This document shows positions 23,729 to 39,497 of a DNA stretch of 64,000 nucleotides, piece after piece (position 1 is the first letter of the stretch; the number at the start of each line of letters is the position of its first letter). The notes beneath the pieces were generated by a model that worked only from the letters and a program-made list of their open reading frames with translations, ran no database searches and had not been told where the DNA came from. Position numbers and translations under genes: made by a program. This DNA comes from Octopus vulgaris (lineage: Eukaryota), in contig OX597817.1 in assembly GCA_951406725.2 (NCBI GenBank), positions 97,712,001 to 97,776,000 on the forward strand, written 5' to 3'.

Positions 23729-26684
23729 ATGTAGGAGGGCTGCAGCGCGGAAACTGTAAAAAGAAAATTTCATTCCTGAGAGACCTTGTGACATGCAATC
23801 AAGCTATATGCATGGCACTCACAGAAACGCATCTTGAACCCGATATAGGTGATGCAGAGATACACATGCCGCAATATGCAGTCATACGCACAGATAGAAA
23901 AGGGAGGAGCCATGGTGGAGTTGCAATGTACATCCGAGATGACCTCACACCCCAGGTCCTGCTGTCATATTCAAACTCAGTATGTGAAACTCAAATTGTA
24001 CACATAAGACAACTGAATATCGTCATATGCACTACATATCGCCCACCAGATGCCCCAAATCACTCAGGTATGTTTGAAGACTGCCTAACAAAAATAGGAG
24101 AAGTCCTCACCAACTTTGAACAGCACAACAGTGTATTCTTCATGGGTGACTTTAACCTCCCCAATGTGGAATGGCCTGGGGGGCAGATGCTCCCAGGGAT
24201 GACACACCATCAGCAGGCACAGGTGGAGTCCCTGCTCCATCTCACAAATGCCTCTTTCATGGAGCAAATAGTTCTGCAACCAACAAGGGCAGATAATATA
24301 CTGGATCTCTGCTTCACAAACAATATGGATATTATCCATAATGTTAATGTGATGCCGACAATGATCTCGGATCACAACATAATAGAGCTGTCTAGGTATG
24401 GAACAAAAGCCCCCGTAGACACACAGCCTATACGAAGCACCCACCATCTCTCCAACTTAAACTTTCATAAAGCCAACTGGAAGTTGATTGAGAAAGAGAT
24501 CCTCAAACAGGATTGGCCTGAATGTCTCTCCACACCGAACATAAACATGAAACACAAACACTTCATGTCCATAATACAAGCCATATATGACAAATATGTC
24601 CCAGTGTGCAGGGCCAGCACACACAAGAACAAAAACAGGATCCCTAGAGAAAGGAGGATTCTTATGAGACGACGGACAAGGATTGCAAACCGCCTGAGCA
24701 AGCACACCAAAAGTGGTGAGAAGTCTCGGCTCGAAAGAATGCTAATGGAAACTGAGAAAAGTCTACATCAGTCCCATGAAAAGGAGAGAGCAGATAAAGA
24801 AGCTTGGGTAATAGAAAATATAAAATCAAACCCTAAAGCTTTCTTTAAGTTTGCCAAAGAGACAGCCACAGTGCACCAGAGAATAGGACCTCTCTTCCAA
24901 AAAGATGGCTCTCTCACAGGAAATCCCACGAGGATAAGTGAAATACTGAACGAACAGTTCCAAAGTGTGTTCACTACACCTCTAGGACACAGGCAAGTAA
25001 ACAACCCAGAAGAATTCTTTGCCACTTTACCTCGGCCAAAGAGACAAAAATTGAGTACATCAACATCGAAGATGATGATATCACACTAGCCATTGATGAG
25101 ATTGACACAAACTCAGCTGCTGGACCTGATGGATTCCCAGCGATCCTTCTCAAATCGTGCAAACGAGCCCTTGCAAAACCGCTACAGCTTCTTTTTCAGA
25201 GCTTTCTTGCAAGTGGTAAGCTCCCAGTCAAATTGAAAGAGGGGGTAATATGCCCTATCCATAAGGGAGGTAGCAGAGCAGATGCTAAAAATTATAGGCC
25301 TATCTCTCTGACCTCACACATCAGCAAAGTCATGGAACGAATAGTCCGTAAGAAACTAATCATGTTCCTTGAAGAAAATGACTTGCTGTCTGACACCCAG
25401 CATGGATTTCGACCAGGTAGAGGCTGCCTAACACAGCTCCTGCAACACTATGACTGGGTGTTGAAACAGCTACTAAATGGCTCAAATGTGGATGTAATAT
25501 ATCTCGACTTTGCAAAAGCCTTTGATAAAGTCGACCATGGTATGATCTGTCACAAACTGCGTGGTCTCGGCATAGGCGGGAAACTTGGAGAGTGGCTGCA
25601 CAACTTCCTAAAAGACAGAAAACAGGCAGTTGTGAGCAATGGAGCCACCTCCAAGGAAACGCAAATAACAAGCGGTGTCCCACAGGGCACTGTCTTGGGG
25701 CCACTGATGTTCATAGTAGCCCTTTCAGACATGCCTTCAGTTGCTACGATGACCACCCTTGCTAGCTATGCAGATGACACAAAAGTCTCCCACGCAATAC
25801 AAAACCCTGAAAATATTGTGCATCTGCAACATGAGCTGGACACAATATACAGGTGGGCTGAGGACAACAACATGCAGTTTAATGCAGGTAAGTTCCAGGC
25901 CCTGCGCTACTGGCACACAAAGGTAAATGACGTGAAGACTGGATACACTGGCCCAGGAAGAATTGCAATCCCTGAGTCAAAATCAGTGCGTGACCTGGGC
26001 ATTGACATGAGCAATGATGCATCTTTCCAAATGCATATTGCTAATCTGGTGATAAAATGCAGACGGCTAGCTGGATGGATTCTCCGAACTTTCAGAACAA
26101 GAGAGAAGGAGACACTGATGGTCCTATGGAAAACATTCGTCCTCAGCCGCTTGGACTACTGCTCCCAACTTTGGTCACCACACAATATAAAACTAACAGC
26201 AAAACTCGAAGCAATTCAGAGAAGCTACACAAAGAAAATCGTCTCAATGCAAAATATCAGCTACTGGGAAAGACTGAAGGTATTAAACCTCTTCTCCCTA
26301 GAGCGGAGGCGGGAGAGATATGCGGTGATATACATCTGGAAAATCCTGGAAGGTCTTGTCCCAAACTTTGGCATTCAAAATTACTCCAACCGCAGAACGG
26401 GGCGCCACTGCATGGTGCCAAGGATTCCAACATCACCATCAAAATACAGGTCCAGATACTGCAACAGCTTGGGTTTCAGAGGACCACAGCTCTTTAACAT
26501 CCTCCCTAAATGCCTGAGAGACTTACATGGTGTGGATGTGGGTTTCTTTAAAACTAAACTGGATCTCTTCTTGTTGGAAGTCCCAGATGAGCCTACCTCA
26601 CGACAGGAGACGCGGATGCGGGCAGCAGCATCGAACTCCCTTGTTGATCAAGTGCCACGTATCAGAGGTGGATTCACAAATTAA
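23674..26684 (+). CDS. CR1-group ORF2 (APE endonuclease plus RT), one 1-bp deletion near 25033
   Basis: LNVGGL, LTETHL, YRPP, MGDFN, LDLCF, SDH, YADD; the copy at 6684-8687 has the missing base. Confidence 0.92.
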
Positions 26685-26857
26685 TGTAGCTCATTCAGCG
26701 GTGGTGCCCCAGCATGGCCGCGGCCTTCGGGCTAAAACATTTTTAAGGATTTAAGGATTTAATATATAAACAATACAAAAGACAATACAAATGAAGCGAT
26801 GATCAGGTCACGCTCCGACCCCACAAGCTCTGATCTACCGCTGGTATATTTTTATAT

Positions 26858-27833
26858 TGTTGTGAGTTCAACTTAAGGACAGAGCCGGCAACCTACTTTG
26901 GGGATGAATCCATTGTCCTGCCAGATGCGGGTTGATTAATTAGCTCTGGGGAAGCTCCCCGACCCTTTCAGGTGAATTAGAGTTCAGTTTGTGAGAGACG
27001 GTGAGAGAAATGTTGAGGGCTGAGGAAGACAGATTAAGGAACTGAGGGAGTTCCAGCAGAGAGAGATTGGGGTAGTGACAGGCAGTCGAGGACAGAGCAA
27101 GTTGGATTTGGCAGTCGGTATTTGGTAGTCAAGGCGAGCGGTTGGATTTAGCAGTGAGGATTTGGTATTTAAGGCGGGCCAGTGGCAGTTGGATTTAGCA
27201 GTGCTAAGAGAGATGAGGTACAATATGAGACATTGGCTATTATAGTAGGAACTACGGTACGTGAATTGTTGTATTGATATGTGAAGAAAAAGAAGGAAGA
27301 AGAATCGATGTATTGAAATGTAAAAGAAATGAGAGAGTAAAAAGAACATTGTTTATGTTGTTGATGGTTATAAAGGAAAGGCTAAAGAGAACTGTGCAAA
27401 GACATTGTGTACAGAGTTGTTGAAAAGAATTTAATGAACAATGTGAACTGTGCTGATATGTGTTACAGAACTGTTATCTCCGGACTGTATGATGTATTGA
27501 TTTGTTGTTTAATTCGACGTGTACTCTTTAAATGCTGTTTAAATGCTGTGATGTGTTGATTCTGTTACTTGCATGTATTTCCTCTTTAAATGTATCTGAT
27601 ATGTATTTGATGTTGTAACAATTAATAGTCATATAAACTAGTTGTTAAACGTAGCCAATTGCCTTCTTTGTGTCTCTCTCGATTGCCTCTGTGTCTCTTC
27701 TTGCGGCTGCTGTTTTAGTTGTTGTCTCTCTCTCTCTCCTCTCCGAGTTTCCGTGGCGTACATTTACTGATCGATCGGGCCTGTGTGAGGGATTCCGTAA
27801 CAGCTTTCGTTCTTCGGAGGTCCCCCCGTAACA
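26858..27833. mobile_element. Solo LTR
   Basis: TGTT...AACA termini with 4-bp TSD ATAT (26854-26857 / 27834-27837); interrupts the Tx1-C 3' region. Confidence 0.75.
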
Positions 27834-28026
27834 ATATTTTCTTTTTGACCCACGGTTCCTTGCACGCCCAACACTCGTGCAATATGCTTCCATCTCTTTT
27901 GGAACGTACACTCCGACAGACACTTCTTCTCCAGCCACAGCTTCCATTTTTAAATGAAAAGAAAAGAAAGATCGTAAATTATGACCAGAGATAAATTTGC
28001 CTGTCTTAATTCCTTTTACCCTAGTC

Positions 28027-28166
28027 TTGTAAATATAGTCGAGTTAACGGTTCCTCATGAAGATAATATGGACGCCGCTTGGGCTCGAAGATTGAACCAT
28101 TATGTAAACCTCCTCGAGGAATGTGAAGACGCAGGCTGGAAAGCGGAACATTTTCCAATCGAAGTT
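28027..28166 (+). mobile_element. HERO-like LINE continuation (RLE domain)
   Basis: VNIVELTVPHEDNMDAA...GWKAEHFPIEV resumes after the 16-bp duplication ttgtaaatatagtcga. Confidence 0.85.
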
Positions 28167-31017
<2,851 letters not shown>

Positions 31018-32277
31018 GGCAGACGTAGATCGCCTTTACCTTCCCAGAGCCCAAGGAGGTCGAGGCCTGATCCAATTTGAACTAGCTTACAAAACAACCA
31101 CAATTGGACTGGCCAAATATCTCGAAATATCGAATGACTGGATGCTAAAGCTCGTGGAAAATCACGAGAGACGAAAGAAGCTTCATTCTATCATCAAGGA
31201 AAGCAAAAAATTTGCTATTGATCTCGTGCAGGATACCCAAACTGAACAACCCGAGGGAAGTACGGCAACTATTGTTGCAAAGAAGGTGAAAATGATGGCA
31301 ATGAAAAAAGCGCACGAGCAATTGGCTGATAGGTGGGAGGAGAAACCTCTGCACGGCAAATATGTGACCCGCAGCAAACAAGCTGATGTTGACCAGAAGC
31401 AAACCTAATAAGTGGCTACGGAGCTCAGGGCTAAAAGCAGAGAGCAAAGGTTTCATCCTGTCGGCTCAAGACCAAAGCCTATTAACCCGGAACTACCAGG
31501 CCAATGTGATGAAAAGTGGAGCAGACCCAAAATGCCGATTCTGCAACGACATGATTGAAACAGTGGACCACCTAATCTCTGGATGTAAAGTCTTAGCACC
31601 AGTGGAGTATAAATTAAGACATGACAGAGTTGGCCAATATCTCCACTGGCTAATAAGTCGGCATTACAATATCAAAACTGCCGACAAGTGGTATAATCAC
31701 CACCCTGAGGCTGTAACTGAAGGAGAAAATGTAACCATTCTGTGGGACTTTCCAGTACATACAGACCGAACCATCAAGGCCAATAAACCAGATATTGTTG
31801 TGAAAGACCAAAACAATAAAGTTTGCTTATTGATCGACATGAGCATCCCCTGTGATCATAATATCTCAGCGAAAGAGTTTGACAAGCTCAGAAAATATAA
31901 AGACCTACTCATTGAAATTGAGAAAATGTGGCATCTCAAGGCGGTTACAATACCAGTGATCGTAGGAGCACTAGGAATGATCAAGAAGGGAACCGAAAAT
32001 TATATGAGAATGATCCCTGGCTTACCATCCCTGCAAGAAATGCAAAAGATTGTCTTAACTGGTACATCACACGTATTGAGAAGAGCATTGTCGATGTGAG
32101 AACTGTTGCTGCTCATGTATTTTAATTTAACTTTACAAAAAAAAAAAAAAAAAATGAACGAACTACTGAGTTTGGTTTAATGGCCTACCAATATACACTA
32201 TGAGTTTCTTTGCCCTAGGAGTCGGGAAGACACTCGGCAAGAAATGGAAGCAAATTTGAAAGAAGAAGAAAAAAAAG
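31018..32277 (+). mobile_element. Dong/R4-clade LINE, 5'-truncated, flanked by (TAA)n
   Basis: RLYLPRAQGGRGL, KPLHG, CRFC...ETVDHLISGC, RHD, KPDIVV...LIDMSIP (RLE domain). Confidence 0.9.
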
Positions 32278-32712
32278 TAATAATAATAATAATAATAATA
32301 ATTGTGTACAGTGCTCAGGTGCACTACAACTCATCTAAAGTGTATATATAATCAGGTGTAGTTTCGGCGGATTTCGGAAAGCATGAGGGCCTTAAAGGAT
32401 GCAGTGTCATGGCAGTCAACAACTGACGCAGGCAGTTTATTCCATGCTTCAGCAACTCTGAGCGTGAAAAAAATGTTTCCGAAAGTCATGGGAGCTGTGT
32501 TGTTTTCTGACTTTGTAGGCATGTCCACGTGTGTTAGACACATGGAGATCAAAAAGGTGTTCAGTGTTGTTGTTGGTGAGGTGGTTGATAAATTTGTGGG
32601 TGTTTACCAAGTCCGTCGCCAGACGCCGGAGCTTCAGTGAATCCATGCCCAGGGAAACAAGGCGCTCAGAATATGGTAGGTGTCTGATGGAGGTTATGCG
32701 TTTGGTTGCAAA
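32278..32712 (-). mobile_element. CR1 LINE 3' fragment (second family) with (ATT)n tail
   Basis: PYSERL...SLKLRRLATDL, TRGH, FF.LRV..AWNKLP. Confidence 0.88.
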
Positions 32713-33790
32713 ATGTGTCTGGTTCTATTGTTGTGGGTAATCGCTGAGGTTAGCAAGATCGACAGTGTAGCCTGCTGGAGTTATGAGCAAGACAGGTAAT
32801 TTTCTCCATTCATTACGTGACCAAACAAGGATCTAACAGAGGGAAAGTATGTTTAACATGAGCGCAGAGCGTGTGAACATCCGACATGCATTGAGTCGGG
32901 AAAAGAGCTGAGCTGGCACGGATATGTTGAAAAACAAGGAAGTAGGCATAATAGAGGTGCGTGTGCAGATGCGTGCACAAGGCCAGGTAGTATGCTAGTG
33001 CAGTGATTACAAATACAAAACAGTGATGAATATGCCAGTGACTGAGACAGTGCTGATTATGCCAGCCAATGCATGAGGTATTAAATATCTTGAACATGCA
33101 GGAGCAAAAGTATGGCATGCTGGCGCATTGTAAGGGACGAACAACTTTCTCTATGTATACGTGACTGACCCAGGGTCTGACAGAAACAAGTTGTATCTAC
33201 ATGTGACAGTTTTAACAAGCAGGTACATGAATGAACGTTGTGTGGTGCAGCAAAAGAAATGCACAGTACAGAAATGAGTAAACAAAGGTGGGAAACTAAG
33301 CTGGAAATAGTGTCCTTTGTTAAAAGTCTACTGCTGAAAGTGAAAAAAGATGTGTATGCATAGAAAAAGAGTTGTTGAGAGTTTATATAAGAGTCTTATA
33401 TATGTGCAAAAGTTTGTAGACAATGTAAGGTTTGTAAATTAGGACAAGACGAAAAGTGTGTATGTGGCGAAAAGGTTGCATGTGCGGGCTTCCATATTTT
33501 CTTCTAGTTGGTTTCTGGGGATGTAGCTGTCGAAATTATGCATTTATTGGCTTCCATGGTGAATGAATTCTTTGAGCGTCAGCAGTGTTGCATTGTTGTG
33601 AAGTGTACCGCAGTATGGATCGCACTACAAAGCTTTCTGTATTAGGTCGAATGAGGGTGCATCTTGATGGTGACGAAGGTTGTCATTCTTTAGCTTGGGG
33701 ATCAGCTGTGTAACGATGGGGTTAAGGTGGAGTCAGTGGTCACCAATTTGTAATGGTTAGTTCTTTGTTGCAGTCAAGGGTCACCAATTG
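32713..33790 (-). mobile_element. Internal region of non-coding LTR element (PBS-proximal part, inverted)
   Basis: Homologous to 43546-44890; PBS TGGTGACCC on the minus strand near 33778-33787. Confidence 0.75.
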
Positions 33791-33809
33791 TATTATTATT
33801 ATTATTATT

Positions 33810-34640
33810 ATTTCAGTTCTGAAAAACCTTCAAGGCATTTCACACACGGCAATCTTGCAGGAAGACCTACGATATCATGGATTGAGAATACACTCACACG
33901 CTGACCTGAGCTTATTTTACAATGAATTTTGATACGTGCACCTGCATTCGTATATACGCGCCAACTCATTTTCCATACTGCACAGTTACTGACCGCACAC
34001 ATTTTGGCATCCAAAGTGACACTGCTATCCAGGCTCACTTGAGTATGTCCTGTATACACTTCAATAATCCTCTCTCCTGATATGCAAGATTTTTCCTCAG
34101 CCATGATTTTCGTTCTCTTCTAGGCCACCAAAAGCTAGACTAGAGATAACAGACCACCAACAAAATTCATTGTTCTCAACAATATGTCTCTCTCTCTGAC
34201 TAGTTTGGATAATTTCACCGTAGGAGAAAGTGAAGTTGGCAAAAAGGAGATGACGTAGAGGCAACCATAGGCAGAATGCAGTTAGTGAGATAATTCAACT
34301 GGGAGAAGGCTTACAATGAAAATGTCAATTACGATACAGTGTCTTATCACAACACCGCTGCTGTTTAAATGTCAGGCACAATGAAGGTATCATTTTATTG
34401 ACTTCCTACACTTAACATTCACTCTATTTTCCTCTAATTCCTAGTTAGGCAGCTAGCAGTTGACCAAACATAAGCAACAACAACATACAAGAAAAGGTAA
34501 CTATTGTTTTTATGATACACACACCTGCTCGTTGTGGTATGGCATATATTAAAGTAAATAAATATTTCTTTACAACTTCAATCACTCTTCTTCTTCCATC
34601 TTGCATACTGGCAACCAACACCTTAACAACAACCGTTACA
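33810..34640 (+). mobile_element. Distal internal region plus degenerate LTR of the same element
   Basis: Homologous to 44884-45190 and to LTR 42837-43543; ends aaccgttaca. Confidence 0.72.
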
Positions 34641-34657
34641 TATATGTATGTATATAT

Positions 34658-37411
34658 ATCATCATCATCATCGTTTAACGTCCGCTTTCCATGCTAGCAT
34701 GGGTTGGACTGAGGGATGGCGAGCCAGATGGCTGCACCAGGCTCCAATCTTGATCTGGCAGAGTTTCTACAGCTGGATGCCCTTCCTAACGTCAACCACT
34801 CCGAGAGTGTAGTGGGTGCTTTTTACGTGCCACTGGCATGGGGGCCAGTCAGGCGGCACTGGCAACGACCTCACTCGAATCTTTTTACACGTGCCACCGG
34901 CGCAGGTGTCAGTGAGGCATCGTTCGTAACGATCACGCTCGAATGGTGCCCTTTTACATGCCACGAGTATGGAAGCCAGTTGGCTGCTCTGGCAACGATC
35001 ACGCTCGGATGGTGCTCTTGGCACCCTGCTAGCACAGGCATAAGTGCCAGTAAGGCAATGCTGGTAACGATCATACTCGAATAGCCGCTCTGTCAACGAT
35101 CACACTCGTATGGTGCTCTTTGCATCCTGCTAGCACGAATGCCAGTAATCGAATTGATTTTGATTTGGATTTGGATCTCACTTGCCTCAACAGGTCTTCA
35201 CAAGTAGGGTTTGTGTCACAAGAAGGAAAGGTATGCATAAGTGGGCTGGCTACGTCCCAGGTAGAGGCCACGGGTTATGGTCTCATTTGTCCTGCCGGGT
35301 CTTCCCACGCACAGCATACTTCCAAAGGTCTCGGTCTCTGGTCATTTCCTCGATGATACCTAAAGTACGAAGGTCGTGCTTCACCACCTCATCCCAGGTT
35401 TTCCTGGGTCTACCTCTTCCACAGGTTCCCTCAACCGCTAGGGTGTGGCACTTTTTCACACAACTATCTTCATCCATTCTCGCTACATGACCACACCAGC
35501 GCGAACGTCTCTCATGCACACCACATCTAATGCTTCTTAGGTCCAACTTTTCTCTCAAGGTACTTACACTCTGTCGAGTATGCACACTGACATTACACAT
35601 CCATCGGATCAAACTGGCTTCATTCCTTGCAAGCTTACGCATGTCCTCAGCAGTCACAGCCCATGTTTCACTGCCGTGTAGCATGGCTGTTCGTACACAT
35701 GCGTCATACAGTCTACCTTTTACTCTGAGCGAGAGGCCCTTTGTCACCAGCAGAGGTAAGAGCTCTCTGAACTTTGCCCAAGCTATTCTTATTCTAGCAG
35801 CTACACTTTCAGTGCACCCTCCTTCGCTACTGACTTGGTCACTTAGATAACGGAAGCTATCAACTACTTCTAGTTTTTCTCCCTGGAATGTGGCGGAAGC
35901 TGGTCTCTGCTCATTTTCAGTGTTTATTGCTCCCGAGCATCTGCCACATACAAAAACTATCTTTCCAGTTAGCCTTCCTTTAATATTACTGCACCTCTTA
36001 TGTGTCCATAGCTTACACTGGGTACATCTTATAGAATTTCTACCTACGCCTCTACTACAGATCAAGCAGGGCCATCTACCTGAAGGGATTTGTGGTCTGC
36101 CTGCCTTCCTACTTATTTGGACTTTGGTTTTAGCTAGGTTGATTTTTAAGGCCCTTCGATTGTAATCCTTGTTTCCACACTTGATACTTCTCCTCTAGTT
36201 CTGATAGTGACTCAGCAATTAGAGCAAGGTCGTCAGCATAGAGGAGCTCCCAGGGGCATCCTGTCTTGAATTCCTCCGTTATTGCCTGGAGGACTATGAT
36301 AAATAGGAGGAGGCTGAGGACTGAACCCTGGTGTACCCCAACCTCTACCTTGAATTCTTCAGTGTACTCGTTGCCAACCCTTACCTTACTTACAGCCTCC
36401 CTGTACATGGCTTGCACAGCTCTCACTAACCATTCATCTATCCCTAGTTTCCTCATTGACCACCAGATAAGGGATCGGGGGACCCTGTCAAAGGCTTTCT
36501 CCATGTCAACGAAAGCCATGTACAGGGGCTTATCTTTGGCTAGGTATTTCTCCTGCAGCTGTCTCACCAGAAATATGGCATCAGTGGTGCTTTTCCCTGG
36601 CACGAAACCAAACTGCATCTCATCCAAACTTACTCTCTCCCTAAACTTCATTACCTGATCCAACAGCTTGATACCTCTGTAATTATTTGTATCTAGGGCG
36701 TCACCTTTACCTTTGTAGCAGTTGACTATTATGCTGGTACACCAGTCATTGGGTATGACTCTTTCGTGTATCACCTGGTTAACTATACGGGTGACTAGGC
36801 TATAGCTGACACTACCAGATATTTTGAGCATTTCTGCAGTAATTCTTGATGGGCCTGGGGCTTTCCCTGTCTTCATGCTTCTAATTGCCTTAACTACCAA
36901 GGAACTGTCAACTCGGATAGCAGGTCTCTCTGTTGGGTCGACATTCGGCAGTCTTTCTTTATCCCATTCATTTTCTTTATTCAGCAACCTTTCATAGTGA
37001 CGTCTCCAAACCTCTCTCTTTGCATCCTCATTTAGCGCAAGTGAATCATCATCCATGCGAACAAATTTCTCTCCTACCACATCACAATTCTCTCTCACAC
37101 ACTGTCTTGCAAGACAAAATACCTCAAGTCTTTGGTCCTCACGGTGCAGAACATTGGCAAATTTTTTCTTATCTGCTTCCCCTCTGGCTAAATAAACCTG
37201 CCTCCTAGCTTCCCTTCTGGCAGTCTGATACACTTCCCTGCTATCACTGTTCTTCCAGTCCTTCCAAGCCTGTTTCTTTTGTCTAATAGCCTTGTCAACA
37301 ACATTGTTCCACCACCACGTTATTTTGGGTTGAGAGGGGGCTTTGCACCATCCACAGAGCTGGTCAGTGGCCCTTAGCAGGTTGTCCTGTAGGAACCTCC
37401 AGTTGTCTTCT

Positions 37412-37416
<5 letters not shown>
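34658..37416 (-). mobile_element. RTE-clade LINE, 5'-truncated
   Basis: ORFs 36130-37233 and 35283-36065 (FVDMEKAFD, LYADD, GSETW, GRGRPRKTW); same family as 1285-3722. Confidence 0.94.
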
Positions 37417-37447
<31 letters not shown>

Positions 37448-38084
37448 GAGGGGAAATGAATTTCCTTAAAATAATAGGTATATATAAAGCATATAGCTTA
37501 TATCCATTCAAAAGAGGAAAAGAAAATGGAGATTAGGAAGTTAACAATTGCTTATGATTAACAACAAATTGGTCATTTTTGCTTCTTACAGCCTTTCAGT
37601 TAATACTCAGTAATTTAATTACAAATTTGTACATTAGATTTACATTTATGTGACATGAGTATGATTTCATCAAAGGAGAAAGATGTACCTTTGGATGTTA
37701 TATATGGACTTATCAATTCATTTTAGCTGACTAAAATCTCCATTTTCTTTTCTTCTTTTAGACAGATATTAACCATATACATATATAACTTAATTATTAT
37801 TTTTGTTGTACATCCATTTTCCATGCAGATATGGACTGGTCAGTTCTTATTTGGAATTATAGCCACAATATGAACTGACCAGGTGAATTAGTAAAGTCAT
37901 TCGAGCATAAGATAGATTGCTTTGCATTTGCAGTATTCATTCAGTCACTTGTGCTCTAAGTTCAAAAAACACTAAAGTCAAACCTGAAGAGAGATTAGAG
38001 TCACCATGTCAAAAATGGAAAGTACTGTCTGATTTTTTTGAAAACATTTGATTTAAGATGTTATTTTTTAAGTGCTTTAGACAA

Positions 38085-39340
38085 AATTCTACATGCTTAA
38101 TAGTTGATGTGTACTCTTTAAGAAATTTTTGTTGATTTCTTTCAGAATATAATTTTGAAGTGTAGAAATCCTTAATTTCAAACATGAAAAAAGAAGAAAT
38201 GCATTTATTTATTTTTGCATGAATTCAAGCTTGGAAATAATGCTTCCCAAACAGCTTCCAATATCAACAGAACATGGAATGAATGGTCTACTAGTGATCA
38301 GACAATACAACACAGGTTCGAGAGATTCCATAGTAGGGATGAGAACTTTGAAGATCAAAAAGGCAGTGGACGTCCATCCACCCTTCGTGATTAGCATTGA
38401 AAACAATAGTTGAAAACAATAGTTGAGCTATTGAAAAAGCTCGATAAATGGGTCTTGCATGACCTCAATTAAAATAAAAAAACTTCAGTATTTTGAAGTA
38501 TGTTCATTGAACACACTCTCTCTGTGAAATTCTAATACCCCATTTCTTGATTGAATAGTGACTTGTGACCAGGGCCAGGTTTAGGGTTGCTGGCACTCCA
38601 GATAAGCTGAAGTATGTGTACAAGCTGACGGTCATGGAAATTTCTTGTCTTTGTCACACCCTCTTTGGCACCCCCTAGCATATAACACCCCAAGCGACTG
38701 CCCAAGTTTCTGGTACCTTGAGCTGGCCCTACTTGTGACAAAAAGTGGATCCTTTATGACAATCATAATTGATTAGGGTCAATGGCTTGATTGTGATGAA
38801 ATACCCAAATATTTCCTGAAAATGAAGATTATGGTGACTGTCTGGTGGTCTGCTATTGGTGTCATCCATTACAGCTTTCTGGAACCTAACCAGAGCATTG
38901 CATCAGAAGTTTAGTGTAAGCAACTGGAAGAAATGTATGTTCACTTGAGCAAAATGAAACCTGCACTTGTTAGACAACACGCAACCACACATTTCCAAGA
39001 TGTCACTGCAAAAGCTCACAGACTTGGGATATGAGTCTTTAGCACATCCTCCATATTCTCCCTATGTTTCACTGACTACTGCTTTCTCGGGCATCTAGAC
39101 ACTTTTTTAAGACAAAACAACCCTCATTCCAAAACCAAGGTTGAAACTGAATTCTTGGATCTCTTGAAATCAAAATCTTTGGATTTTTATCAAAGAGGCA
39201 TAAATGATCTTGTTAATCGATGGGAGAAATGCATAGCTGTTCAGGGATTATATTTTGAATAATTAAACTGTTATAAGTTCATTTTTTCAAAATATAGGCT
39301 TATTTTTTAAATCAGACATCATTTTGTGAACAACCTAATA
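38085..39340 (+). mobile_element. Decayed mariner transposon
   Basis: IVTCD/KWILYDN, MVTVWW..GVIHY, HPPYSP, RWEKCI..QG.YFE; right TIR ...gaacaacctaata. Confidence 0.85.
38570..38731. mobile_element. hAT-type MITE inside the mariner
   Basis: TIR cagggccag / ctggcccta; 8-bp TSD cttgtgac (38562-38569 / 38732-38739). Confidence 0.85.
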
Positions 39341-39497
39341 TATATCAATATATCATGGCAGTGCCCAAAGCAAGGCATAAATACATACTGTTTTAATCCT
39401 TAAAATGTTGGATTGTTATAATGTCCACTTCAGTATACAGTATATTTAATAAAACCAGTAAATACACGACTATCTCTGACCACTTACTATGTACTCT

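Larger units (their letters stand above)
21129..26757 (+). mobile_element. Full-length young CR1-group LINE
   Basis: Starts CAAGATGGCG; candidate 9-bp TSD tttaatata (21120-21128 / 26758-26766); ORF1 and ORF2; (TTTAAGGA)2 tail. Confidence 0.88.
21027..28026 (-). mobile_element. 5'-truncated Tx1 LINE (element C; own sequence 21027-21128, 26767-26857, 27834-28026) hosting two nested insertions
   Basis: 16-bp TSD at 21011-21026 / 28027-28042; the minus strand of 27850-28026 encodes TRVKGIKTGKFISG...EKKCLSE..FQKRWK, homologous to the element A C-terminus; 3' end gggtaataaa. Confidence 0.85.

Noticed and set aside
23503-25089. Apparent ORF1-ORF2 fusion
   Set aside because: Better explained by an extra A in a homopolymer near 23595; ORF2 likely starts at 23674
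27645-27947. 100-aa minus-strand ORF resembling an endonuclease piece
   Set aside because: Alternative frame of the Tx1 ORF2 C-terminus running into the solo LTR
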